From Ignavibacteriales bacterium (lineage in GTDB: Bacteria; Bacteroidota; Ignavibacteria; UBA10030; UBA6906), in contig JBBIRR010000011.1 of NCBI GenBank assembly GCA_037441705.1, forward strand, positions 17,678 through 81,677: a stretch of 64,000 bases of DNA, in the 5' to 3' direction. Position numbers and translations under genes: made by a program. Shown piece after piece: positions 36,428 through 45,144 of the stretch. Within the stretch, counting starts at the first letter, position 1, and each line of letters opens with the position of its first letter. Under the pieces are notes generated by a model. The model worked only from the letters and a program-made list of their open reading frames with translations. It was not told the DNA's origin and ran no database searches.

Positions 36428-36559
36428 TGAATGCGCCGCCGTGCTGATTTCTGCGCGTAGGCTGCCCGTTCGTTGGAAGAGGGCAATCCCACCATCGCCG
36501 GCGGTTCTTCACGAACCGGCTGACGATTGTTGAGACTTGGTTTTGGCAGCGGAGAGGCA

Positions 36560-36588
36560 TTGAATGTCCCCTTGTTTTTCGTTACGTT
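36560..36588 (+). promoter_or_regulatory. Putative promoter of the amrA operon
   Basis: TTGAAT, 17 nt spacer, TACGTT. Confidence 0.4.
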
Positions 36589-36679
36589 TCGAGTGCACGA
36601 AGGCTCCCGAACCATGAGGCTGTGTGCGGATGGAATCGGCTTCGGGTAAGACCCTCGGCGTAGCGCAGGGCTCTCGACG

Positions 36680-37234
36680 ATGCTTTCAGCAGAAGAAAAG
36701 CGAGAGTTGTTGGCGGTTGCCCGTGAGGCAATTGCCGGTGTGTTAAAGGGAGAGCCATACACCGTGCCGCGACCGAGCACGGAAGGTTTGGCACAGCCCG
36801 CCGGGGCGTTTGTAACTCTGCGTCTCCATCACGAGTTGCGCGGGTGCATCGGATATATCGAATCCGAGAAACCGGTGATTGAGGTGGTGGCGGAAGTCGC
36901 CGTCAAAGCGGCTTTCGACGATCCGAGATTTGCTCCGTTAACGCCCGAGGAATTTGAGAACGTGACAGTTGAGGTGTCCGTTCTATCGCCCCTTCGACGC
37001 ATCCATTCGATAGAAGAAATTGAGGTAGGCGTGCACGGCATTGTGGTTGCGCTGGGATTGAGACGCGGACTGCTGCTGCCGCAGGTTGCAGTCGAATACC
37101 ATCTCGATCGCGAAGCCTTTCTGGAGGCGGCGCTGCGCAAAGCGGGCCTGCCTCCTTCATTCCGCCATGCACCCGATCTTGAGATGTATGTGTTCGAGGC
37201 AGAGGTGGTGACGGAAGCTGATGTCCTGCAGTAG
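36680..37234 (+). CDS. amrA: AmmeMemoRadiSam system protein A (AMMECR1 family)
   Basis: Motifs GAFVTL, LRGCIG, AAFDDPRF, EVSVLS, LLPQV and KAGL. Confidence 0.93.
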   Translation: MLSAEEKRELLAVAREAIAGVLKGEPYTVPRPSTEGLAQPAGAFVTLRLHHELRGCIGYIESEKPVIEVVAEVAVKAAFDDPRFAPLTPEEFENVTVEVSVLSPLRRIHSIEEIEVGVHGIVVALGLRRGLLLPQVAVEYHLDREAFLEAALRKAGLPPSFRHAPDLEMYVFEAEVVTEADVLQ

Positions 37235-37246
37235 AAGGAGATCGGA

Positions 37247-38083
37247 ATGAGCCTGACAACGCACATTCGTCCGCCCGCGGTAGCGGGAAAATTCTATCCC
37301 GACGATCCCGAGCAGCTTCGGGAGATGGTGAGTGGTCTGTTGCATGAAGCGGAAAGCGAGCCGGTGCGTGGAGAGATTCGCGGCATCATCGCGCCGCACG
37401 CGGGGTATGTCTATTCGGGCTTCACGGCGGCGCATGCGTACAAGCTGCTGCGCGGAAGAAGCGTTCCCGTGGTTGTGGTCGTCTCGCCGAGTCACTTCGA
37501 TTTCTTCCACGGGGTGTCGGTCTACCCGGGCGATGCGTACGAAACGCCGTTAGGCACAATCCCGGTGAACACGGCGTTGAGAGATGCGCTCGTCGCCGCA
37601 AGCGATGTCGTGATCATGTCGGAGGTTGGGCATCGAAGCGAACACGCTCTTGAAGTTCAGCTGCCGTTTCTGCAACTGACGCTGCGGCCCGGTTCGTTTA
37701 CGCTCCTGCCGGTCGTCGTCGGCGAACAGAAGCGGGAAACGTGCTTTGCGCTCGCCCGTGCCCTCGGGGAGGTGTTGCGCGATCAAGACGCGCTGCTCGT
37801 CGCAAGCACGGATCTTTCGCACTACTATCCCGCGCCCGTTGCCGATCGGCTGGATGCGGTCATCGCCAGGGACATTGCCGCATTTGATTATGAACAGCTG
37901 ATGGCCGATCTCGAAGCGCATCGCACGGAAGCGTGCGGCGGCGGGCCAACCGTTGCGGTGATGGCAGCGCTGGAGGATCTGGGCGTACGAACGATGAAGG
38001 TGACGCATCGCAGCAACTCCGGCGACACAACGGGCGACTATAGCAGCGTGGTCGGCTATCTCTCCGCGGTGGCCTGCGCGTAA
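37247..38083 (+). CDS. amrB: AmmeMemoRadiSam system protein B (MEMO1 family)
   Basis: Motifs RPPAVAGKFYP, PHAGYVYSG, EHALEVQLPFLQ, STDLSHY, ACG, NSGD and VVGY. Confidence 0.93.
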   Translation: MSLTTHIRPPAVAGKFYPDDPEQLREMVSGLLHEAESEPVRGEIRGIIAPHAGYVYSGFTAAHAYKLLRGRSVPVVVVVSPSHFDFFHGVSVYPGDAYETPLGTIPVNTALRDALVAASDVVIMSEVGHRSEHALEVQLPFLQLTLRPGSFTLLPVVVGEQKRETCFALARALGEVLRDQDALLVASTDLSHYYPAPVADRLDAVIARDIAAFDYEQLMADLEAHRTEACGGGPTVAVMAALEDLGVRTMKVTHRSNSGDTTGDYSSVVGYLSAVACA

Positions 38084-38110
38084 TTCCAACCGGATGAAAG
38101 GTTCCTGTAC

Positions 38111-39007
38111 GTGAACATTGCAATCGTCGGCGCCGGCAAGGTCGGGTCGGTGTTGGGAAGGATACTGGCGGAGAACGGCGAACGCATCGTTGCGGTCGTT
38201 TCGCGCTCGATGCGTTCGGCGCGCGCGGCCGGGCGTTTCGTGCGCTGCAAGAATGTGTCAACGTCGCTTGCGGCAATCCCGCCACGGACCGATCTCGTGT
38301 ACATCACGACGCCGCATGCTGCGGTACAGGAAGTCGCCCACAAACTTGCAGCGGTCGCACACTTGAATTTTCGTCGCCTCGCGGTGTGCCATGCGTCGGG
38401 GATGCTCACCGCGGCGGCACTCGAGCCGCTGGCGAAGAAAGGAGCGACGGTGTTCTCGTTCCATCCTCTGCAGACGTTCCCGCGGGATTTCTCCCCGAAG
38501 GAGATTCTGCCGACGGCGCGCAACATCTGGTACGGTGTTGACGGAACGCGAACGGCGCTCCGCAAAGCGCGGCAACTTGCGCGCGCGTTGAAAGGCAACG
38601 TGGTTGTCATCCGGCCCGAGAGGCGAGCACTCTATCATGCCGCCTGTGTCGTTGCCTCCAATCATCTCACCACGATGTTGTGGGTGGTGGAACAGATGTT
38701 CAAAGCGCTGAAGACGAACGAGCGCACGTTCTACCCTCTCTTCGAACCGATCATCATGGCAACGCTGCACAACGTCGCGCGAACGAGTCCGGCGCAGGCG
38801 CTCAGCGGGCCGATCGCCCGAGGCGGTGTGGAAACGGTGGCAGAACATTTTGATGCGCTTCGGCAATTTGCTCCGCAGTTGATTCCGTATTTTGCCGCGG
38901 TTTCCGCTGAAACCACGCGTCTGGCGGAGGCGAAAGGCTCGATAGATGCGGCAAAAGCGCAAGCACTGTATGAGCTGATCGCATCGCAAACCAGCATTCG
39001 AGAATGA
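38111..39007 (+). CDS. Rossmann-like/DUF2520 oxidoreductase (PanG-type ketopantoate reductase candidate)
   Basis: Motifs IVGAGKVG, HASG, FHPLQTF, YHAACVVASN and LSGPIARG. Confidence 0.85.
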   Translation: MNIAIVGAGKVGSVLGRILAENGERIVAVVSRSMRSARAAGRFVRCKNVSTSLAAIPPRTDLVYITTPHAAVQEVAHKLAAVAHLNFRRLAVCHASGMLTAAALEPLAKKGATVFSFHPLQTFPRDFSPKEILPTARNIWYGVDGTRTALRKARQLARALKGNVVVIRPERRALYHAACVVASNHLTTMLWVVEQMFKALKTNERTFYPLFEPIIMATLHNVARTSPAQALSGPIARGGVETVAEHFDALRQFAPQLIPYFAAVSAETTRLAEAKGSIDAAKAQALYELIASQTSIRE

Positions 39008-39023
39008 AATTGAAAGGTCGCCG

Positions 39024-40088
39024 TTGAAAGCACTCATCGCCAGCGGAGGACGTGGAACACGACTGCGTCCCATCACGCATACACAAAACAAACATCTCAT
39101 CCCCATCGCCAACAAGCCGATACTCTACTACGCAATTGAAGCGGCGGTTGATGCGGGCATCAAAGAGATCGGGATTGTGCACAACGCCGATAGTCTCGAA
39201 GTGCCCAACTACGTCGGCGACGGCTCGAAATGGGGAGTGCGCATCACCTACATTCCGCAGGAAACACCCGGCGGTCTCGCTCAGGTGGTGATGTTGGCGG
39301 AGAAGTTCATTGGCGAGGACAAGTTCATTTTCTATCTTGGCGACAACATGGTGGTCGGTGGCGTGAAACGCTTCATCGAGGAGTTCGAACGCAGCGGCTG
39401 CAATTGTTTTCTCACACTGGCCAGGGTCAAAGACCCCGAGCGCTTCGGTGTGCCGGAAATCCGTGACGGAAGAATTGTCGGTGTCGAGGAGAAACCCAAA
39501 CACCCAAAAAGCGGCTACGCCGTGGCAGGTATTTATCTGTACGACAAACATATCTTCGAGGCAGTCAGGGCCCTGAAACCGAGCTGGCGCGGCGAGTTGG
39601 AAATCTCTGACGCACATCAGTATCTTATTGATAAGGGATACAAAGTCGGCTACACCGAGATTACCGGTTGGTGGAAGGATACCGGCAAGCCGTCCGATTT
39701 GTTGGAAGCGAACCGGCTGATTCTCGATGCAATCGAACCGCGCGTGGAGGGCGACGTTGATACGATGTCCGACGTCGCAGGCAAAGTCGTGATCGAGCCG
39801 GGAGCCAAAATCATCAATAGCAAAGTACGAGGACCTGCAATCATCGGCAAAGAGTGTGTCATCGAAAACAGCTACATCGGTCCGTTTACTTCCATCGGCG
39901 ACCGAACGATAGTGCGTGACAGTGAGGTCGAGTACAGCATCGTTCTGCGGGACTGCAAGATTCTCAGCGTCGGTATTCGCATCGAAGGAAGTATTTTGGG
40001 GAATGATGTGGAGATTGTGGAAGCCAACGGCAAGCCGCGCGTCCACAGGTTTATGATTGGTGATCAGAGCAGAGTGGAAGTAGCATAA
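39024..40088 (+). CDS. rmlA: Glucose-1-phosphate thymidylyltransferase (long form)
   Basis: Motifs SGGRGTRLRPIT, YLGDN, EEKP, RGELEI and WWKDTG; C-terminal left-handed beta-helix. Confidence 0.9.
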   Translation: MKALIASGGRGTRLRPITHTQNKHLIPIANKPILYYAIEAAVDAGIKEIGIVHNADSLEVPNYVGDGSKWGVRITYIPQETPGGLAQVVMLAEKFIGEDKFIFYLGDNMVVGGVKRFIEEFERSGCNCFLTLARVKDPERFGVPEIRDGRIVGVEEKPKHPKSGYAVAGIYLYDKHIFEAVRALKPSWRGELEISDAHQYLIDKGYKVGYTEITGWWKDTGKPSDLLEANRLILDAIEPRVEGDVDTMSDVAGKVVIEPGAKIINSKVRGPAIIGKECVIENSYIGPFTSIGDRTIVRDSEVEYSIVLRDCKILSVGIRIEGSILGNDVEIVEANGKPRVHRFMIGDQSRVEVA

Positions 40089-40102
40089 AATCTACTACCC
40101 AG

Positions 40103-40170
40103 CCGCGAATTCACGCGAATGAACGCCACTCATGGTTTCTCAATTCGCGACAATTCGCGTTCATTCGCGG
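40103..40170. repeat. Inverted array of 10-bp units (ACGCGAAT / ATTCGCGT core) forming a hairpin
   Basis: Left arm ccgcgaat-tcacgcgaat-gaacgc; right arm attcgcgaca-attcgcgttc-attcgcgg. Confidence 0.8.
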
Positions 40171-40209
40171 TCCAAATATCGGTTCGATAGTTTGTTGGAA
40201 CGGCACTAT

Positions 40210-40237
40210 AATCCAAAATCCAGAATCCTGAATCCAT
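40210..40237 (+). repeat. 7-bp tandem repeat (AATCCNN, 4 units)
   Basis: aatccaa aatccag aatcctg aatccat, immediately before the crt ATG. Confidence 0.75.
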
Positions 40238-40239
40238 CA

Positions 40240-41022
40240 ATGAACTACCAAACGCTTCTTCTCGAAACCGACAATCGCATCGCTATCATTACCATCAACC
40301 GTCCCGACAAACTCAACGCGCTGAACGCGCAGGCGAAGTCGGAACTGCGCGATGCCTTCACACAAATCAAGACGGATGGAAATGTTGATGTCGTAGTTCT
40401 GACCGGAGCAGGAGAGAAAGCATTCGTTGCTGGGACGGACATCGGCGAACTGACGGTCTTGAATTCGGAGAGCGGGAAGGAGGTCTCCGCCAAGGGCCAG
40501 GAAGTTTTCGATCTTATCGAGAATCTCGGCAAGCCGGTCATCGCCGCCATCAACGGCTACGCGCTCGGCGGCGGCTGCGAGCTTGCCCTCGCCTGCCACA
40601 TTCGGATTGCTTCGGAGAACGCAAAATTCGGACAGCCGGAAGTGAACCTCGGCATCATTCCCGGGTACGGCGGAACGCAGCGGCTTGCGCGGCTCATCGG
40701 CCGCGGCCGTGCGATGGAAATGATTCTCACCGGAAATCCCATCGATGCACAGGAGGCTCTCCGCATCGGTCTGGTCAACAAAGTGGTACCGCAGGCGGAG
40801 CTGCTGGCAGCGGCAAGGGCGATGGCGCAGCTCATCGCGAGTAAGGGGCAAATCGCCATTCGCATGGCGCTGAAAGCCGTGAACATGACGCAGGAGACCA
40901 CACTCAGCGACGGACAGAAGCTCGAGGCTTCCCTGTTCGGCGTTTGCTGCGATACGGAGGATTTCAAAGAGGGGACCGCGGCTTTCATGGAGAAACGCAA
41001 GGCGGTGTTCAAGAACAGGTGA
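40240..41022 (+). CDS. crt: Enoyl-CoA hydratase / crotonase
   Basis: Motifs NRPDKLNAL, KAFVAGTDI, GYALGGGCEL and FGQPEVNLGIIPGYGGTQRL. Confidence 0.9.
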   Translation: MNYQTLLLETDNRIAIITINRPDKLNALNAQAKSELRDAFTQIKTDGNVDVVVLTGAGEKAFVAGTDIGELTVLNSESGKEVSAKGQEVFDLIENLGKPVIAAINGYALGGGCELALACHIRIASENAKFGQPEVNLGIIPGYGGTQRLARLIGRGRAMEMILTGNPIDAQEALRIGLVNKVVPQAELLAAARAMAQLIASKGQIAIRMALKAVNMTQETTLSDGQKLEASLFGVCCDTEDFKEGTAAFMEKRKAVFKNR

Positions 41023-41447
41023 AGAGTCAGCCAAAGAAATCAGTAGGGCGTTTTCTCATCGTCTTGCTGGTGCCGATCATCGCTGCCGCGCTGTGGATTC
41101 TTCTCGAACCCCGACAGACGAAGGACACTTCCGAGAGCATGACTTCGGAGGCGGCGGACATCGAGCGCGTTGTTCAGCGGCTCTTCACGAAATATCGAGT
41201 TGGTACCGTCCGCACTCGCAGCATCGTCACGGGCGGCCGTGGCTTCAGGAGAATCGAGCGAAGAGCTGCCGTGCCGGCGGAGTTCAACACGCTGAGTTTC
41301 AACCACGACCTGAGTCGGGCACTTGCTGAGCACGGGGCGACGGTGATAGCGACGGAAAAACTCGAGGACAATTCGGTGGGAATGCACATTAAGAAGGATG
41401 GCGTGATCATCGAGACGATTGTGTTCGAAATGAACCGAACGCGGTGA
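41019..41447 (+). CDS. Hypothetical membrane-anchored protein
   Basis: GTGA overlap with the crt stop; basic N-terminus, one TM (FLIVLLVPIIAAALWILL), then a soluble domain. Confidence 0.65.
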   Translation: MKSQPKKSVGRFLIVLLVPIIAAALWILLEPRQTKDTSESMTSEAADIERVVQRLFTKYRVGTVRTRSIVTGGRGFRRIERRAAVPAEFNTLSFNHDLSRALAEHGATVIATEKLEDNSVGMHIKKDGVIIETIVFEMNRTR

Positions 41448-41587
41448 CGAAAACTCACCGCACGCATCGAGCATTCATTCATTTCATCATTCATCAGACA
41501 GCGCCTGATCATCAGAAACAAGAAAGGAGTACAGCAATCAGCACCCAGCAGAAGCAACGGCCGGCTGCGCAAAACAGTGCCGGCATA

Positions 41588-43036
41588 ATGGACAAGATCG
41601 TCTCGCTTGCAAAGCGGCGGGGCTTTGTGTTTCAATCGAGCGAAATTTATGGCGGCTTGAACGGCTGCTGGGACTACGGGCCGATGGGCGTCGAGTTGCT
41701 GCGCAATATCAAGGACGCATGGTGGCAGGCGATGACGTATCGAGAGGATATCGAGGGGATTGATGCCGCCATCCTCATGCATCCGCGCGTATGGGAAGCA
41801 TCAGGGCATGTCGCCAACTTCACGGACCCGATGGTGGACTGCAAGAACTGCAAAGCACGCTATCGCCTCGATGTTCTGCTGGAGGAGCTTTCGACGAAGA
41901 AGAAGAAAGAAGTTTTGCGCGAGTTGTTTCCGGGGGAGTTCGAGGGGCAACAGGCCGAGGAACGCATCCTCCAGGAGTTTGATATACGATTGCGCGACAA
42001 CACGACTCTTGCCAGAGCGTTGAGAGACAGCATCGCCTGTCCCAACTGCGGTAGCAAGCAGACGTTCACGGAAGCGCGGCAGTTCAATCTGATGTTCAAG
42101 ACGTTCGTCGGGCCGGTGGAAGATGCGAGTGCCGTTGTGTACCTGCGTCCGGAGACGGCGCAAGGAATCTTCGTGAACTTCCTGAATGTCGCCTCGGCAT
42201 CGCGCCAGAAGCCCCCCTTCGGCATCGCGCAGATCGGCAAGGCATTCCGGAACGAAATCAACACCAAAAACTTTCTCTTCCGCACGCGGGAGTTCGAGCA
42301 GATGGAGATGCAGTTCTTCGTGAAGCCGGGAACGGACGAAGAGTGGTTCGAGAAGTGGCGCGCCGAACGCATGCAGTGGTTTCTCGATTTGGGAATGAAG
42401 AAGGAAAAACTTCGCTGGCATCGGCACGAGCCGGATAAACTCGCACATTACGCGAAGGATGCGTACGACATCGAATATGAGTTTCCGTTCGGATGGGGAG
42501 AGATCGAAGGCATTCACAACCGCTCCGATTTCGACCTCAGCCAGCACGAAAAATACTCCGGCAAGTCCATGCAGTACTTTGACGAAGTGACGAAGGAGAA
42601 ATACACGCCGTACATCATCGAAACATCGGCGGGCGCGAGCAGGTCGTTCATGGCCTTCCTCGTCGACGCCTACCACGAGGAAGAAGCGCCCACGGCCGAT
42701 GGGAAGATGGAAATGCGGACCGTTCTCAAATTCCATCCACGGCTCGCGCCCACCAAAGCGGCCATCTTTCCGCTGGTGAATCGTGACGGCATGCCGGAGA
42801 TCGCGCGCAAGCTCGAAGCGGAACTGCGGCCTCACCTGCGTGTCTTCTACGACGACAGCGGTGCAGTCGGCAGGCGCTACCGGCGGCAGGATGAGATCGG
42901 CACACCGTTCTGCATCACGATCGATTCGCAGACGCTGAGCGATCAAACGGTGACCGTACGCGACCGCGATTCAATGAAGCAGGACCGCATTGCACTTGCT
43001 GCCGTGCTGAGCTATCTTCGGGACCGCATCCGGTAG
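41588..43036 (+). CDS. glyQS: Glycine-tRNA ligase, homodimeric type (start may be 41537, see findings)
   Basis: Motifs LAKRRGFVFQSSEIYGG, SGHV, YLRPETAQGIF, FRTREFEQME and GRRYRRQDEIGTP; CxxC pairs flank the insertion domain. Confidence 0.95.
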   Translation: MDKIVSLAKRRGFVFQSSEIYGGLNGCWDYGPMGVELLRNIKDAWWQAMTYREDIEGIDAAILMHPRVWEASGHVANFTDPMVDCKNCKARYRLDVLLEELSTKKKKEVLRELFPGEFEGQQAEERILQEFDIRLRDNTTLARALRDSIACPNCGSKQTFTEARQFNLMFKTFVGPVEDASAVVYLRPETAQGIFVNFLNVASASRQKPPFGIAQIGKAFRNEINTKNFLFRTREFEQMEMQFFVKPGTDEEWFEKWRAERMQWFLDLGMKKEKLRWHRHEPDKLAHYAKDAYDIEYEFPFGWGEIEGIHNRSDFDLSQHEKYSGKSMQYFDEVTKEKYTPYIIETSAGASRSFMAFLVDAYHEEEAPTADGKMEMRTVLKFHPRLAPTKAAIFPLVNRDGMPEIARKLEAELRPHLRVFYDDSGAVGRRYRRQDEIGTPFCITIDSQTLSDQTVTVRDRDSMKQDRIALAAVLSYLRDRIR

Positions 43037-43190
43037 CGCCGAGAACACGAGGGAAGGAACGCTGAACTTCTATGCAGCTCGATGCCGGAGGTTTGCGGAT
43101 GCATTCTTCGGCAGACTCAGGTTTTGTTTGCACAGGGTTTTTCGCTATATTTTTTCCGCGTCTGATTCTGTTGAACTACGGAGGATATCC

Positions 43191-44141
43191 ATGGGGGCCA
43201 AGTCGTTCGCGTGGGTACTTGCAGCGTTCTTTGCTGTGCTTGCTCTTGGTGGGGGTTGCAGCAAAGAAGAGAATACGCTCGTCTACAGCAAGACGAAGTT
43301 GACGGGGGTAACGAACCTCCGCGCGTTCTCTGCGGGAGCAAATTCCGTCGGTCTTATTTGGTCGCCAACCCCCGACACGACCAACGACCAGTTCATCGCT
43401 ATCAAAGTGACTGCCAAAGTCGGTACGACGGAATGGTCGAGTACAACGCTGCCCAAGAACACAGCCGAGACATTCGTCGTGATGGACTTTCTGAACGAAG
43501 GAACGGTTTACACTTTCGAAGTGGTGTGTAAGGCTGCGGACAATTCTGCCAACTACACCGATAGCGATCCGGTGAGGATAACATGGGCGCCCGCGCGGCG
43601 CCTCAACAGCGATAATGCTGTTAAGGTTTATGAAGTCGCCGCTCCCGATTCCAACGGCCTCCAGTTGTTTGATGGCATTGGCCCGCACGTTTTCTCGAGC
43701 AGGGTTCCGGCCTATCAACCGATCATTGATGTGGTGCTCGACAGCACGGCTTCCGGCATCGTGATTATGAAGAGCGCCCACCTCAACCGGTTCGGCGGCG
43801 GCACACGGCGAACAAAGTTCTCCACCTTTGACACGCTTGCCAGTACGTTCAATTACGGCCGTGTTGCCCCTCCCGATCCATCAACGTATGTCCGAGATTC
43901 CATTTTCATCGGCCCGGAAATCATTACGAGCGGACGAGTGTATTACGTGATGACGCAAGACGGCAATTATGCGCGCATTCTTCTTGAGAAGAATTCACCC
44001 ACGCCTGGCGAACCCGGATCGTTACTCTTCGGTCAGGCACCGAATCGGTACTTACGTATTCGCGTTTCCTATCAAACATCGGCCGGGGTCATCTACGCAA
44101 AGCCGGCGGTGAACGGAGCTGGAACAGTTCCTGCACAGTAA
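43191..44141 (+). CDS. Hypothetical lipoprotein with FN3-like domain
   Basis: SD GGAGG, lipobox LGGGC, and FN3 pattern VTNLRA...VGLIW...LNEGTVYTFEV. Confidence 0.75.
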   Translation: MGAKSFAWVLAAFFAVLALGGGCSKEENTLVYSKTKLTGVTNLRAFSAGANSVGLIWSPTPDTTNDQFIAIKVTAKVGTTEWSSTTLPKNTAETFVVMDFLNEGTVYTFEVVCKAADNSANYTDSDPVRITWAPARRLNSDNAVKVYEVAAPDSNGLQLFDGIGPHVFSSRVPAYQPIIDVVLDSTASGIVIMKSAHLNRFGGGTRRTKFSTFDTLASTFNYGRVAPPDPSTYVRDSIFIGPEIITSGRVYYVMTQDGNYARILLEKNSPTPGEPGSLLFGQAPNRYLRIRVSYQTSAGVIYAKPAVNGAGTVPAQ

Positions 44142-44232
44142 TCTCCAGCATGCACAAACCGAGTGTACTGCTATTCCTGATGGTTTGGGTGGGCAATGAG
44201 TCCACCCTTTTGTTTGACGTGGGACTTGACCA

Positions 44233-45144
44233 ATGAACTTGAAGCAAATCCTGTGGAATGATGTGAACGAGCTGAGGGCGGGCTGGCAGATTTTGGTGTT
44301 CGTGATTGCCCTTGCAGGTGTTAGCGCTGTCGTTGTCTTGCCGCTGGTGGCTTTCTTCGAAGTGCGTGATGCAATGACGATGAACGCAGCGGTGCTTGCA
44401 GCAGCGCTCGCAGCAACGTGGATTGTGACTCGATTCGTGAACAAGAAGCCGTTCGTTGCGGTAGGTCTTGCCGTCAACCGATACACGATGCGCGAGCTTG
44501 CCCTCGGTTGCTTGCTCGGCTGGCTCATGCTCACGACAATTTTCGGGATCGAATACCTCTCGGACGATGTCAAAGTCGCTGCCGCGGATGTTTCGTTTGA
44601 GGAGGGTGCACAGATGTTCGGTACTGCGTTCATCTTCTTTGCGCTTGCAGCGATGACGGAAGAAGTCCTGTTTCGCGGGTATCCTTTTCAGGCGCTCGTG
44701 CGCGGCATCGGCCTGGTACCGGCCGTTGTGTTGGTGAGCGTGCTGTTTGGTGCTGCTCATCTACGAAATCCCAACGTCAGCATCTTTGCCTTTTTCAATA
44801 CCGCGCTTGTCTCGGCAGTTTTCTGTTTGGCATACTGGCGGACGCGCGGGTTGTGGCTGCCGTTCGGCATTCACTTCGGCTGGAATTTTTCGCAAACCGT
44901 TCTTTACGGGTTTCCCACCAGCGGCCATCACTTTCCGGAATACGAACTCACCCGATTGACACAATTCGGGGCTGAGTGGATGACGGGCGGCGCGTACGGG
45001 CCTGAAGGCGGCGCGCTTGCAACGCTGACGATTTTTCTCTGCGGGGTGTATCTGTACTACGCACCCTCGCTTCGCCCGCACCCGAATGTCGTGACGCTCG
45101 ACCGGAACGAAGAACTGTTAGAACCGGCGAAGGAGGCTGCATGA
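44233..45144 (+). CDS. CPBP (CAAX protease/Abi) intramembrane glutamic endopeptidase
   Basis: Motifs EEVLFRGY, FGAAH, HFGWN and TGGAYGPEGG. Confidence 0.92.
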   Translation: MNLKQILWNDVNELRAGWQILVFVIALAGVSAVVVLPLVAFFEVRDAMTMNAAVLAAALAATWIVTRFVNKKPFVAVGLAVNRYTMRELALGCLLGWLMLTTIFGIEYLSDDVKVAAADVSFEEGAQMFGTAFIFFALAAMTEEVLFRGYPFQALVRGIGLVPAVVLVSVLFGAAHLRNPNVSIFAFFNTALVSAVFCLAYWRTRGLWLPFGIHFGWNFSQTVLYGFPTSGHHFPEYELTRLTQFGAEWMTGGAYGPEGGALATLTIFLCGVYLYYAPSLRPHPNVVTLDRNEELLEPAKEAA

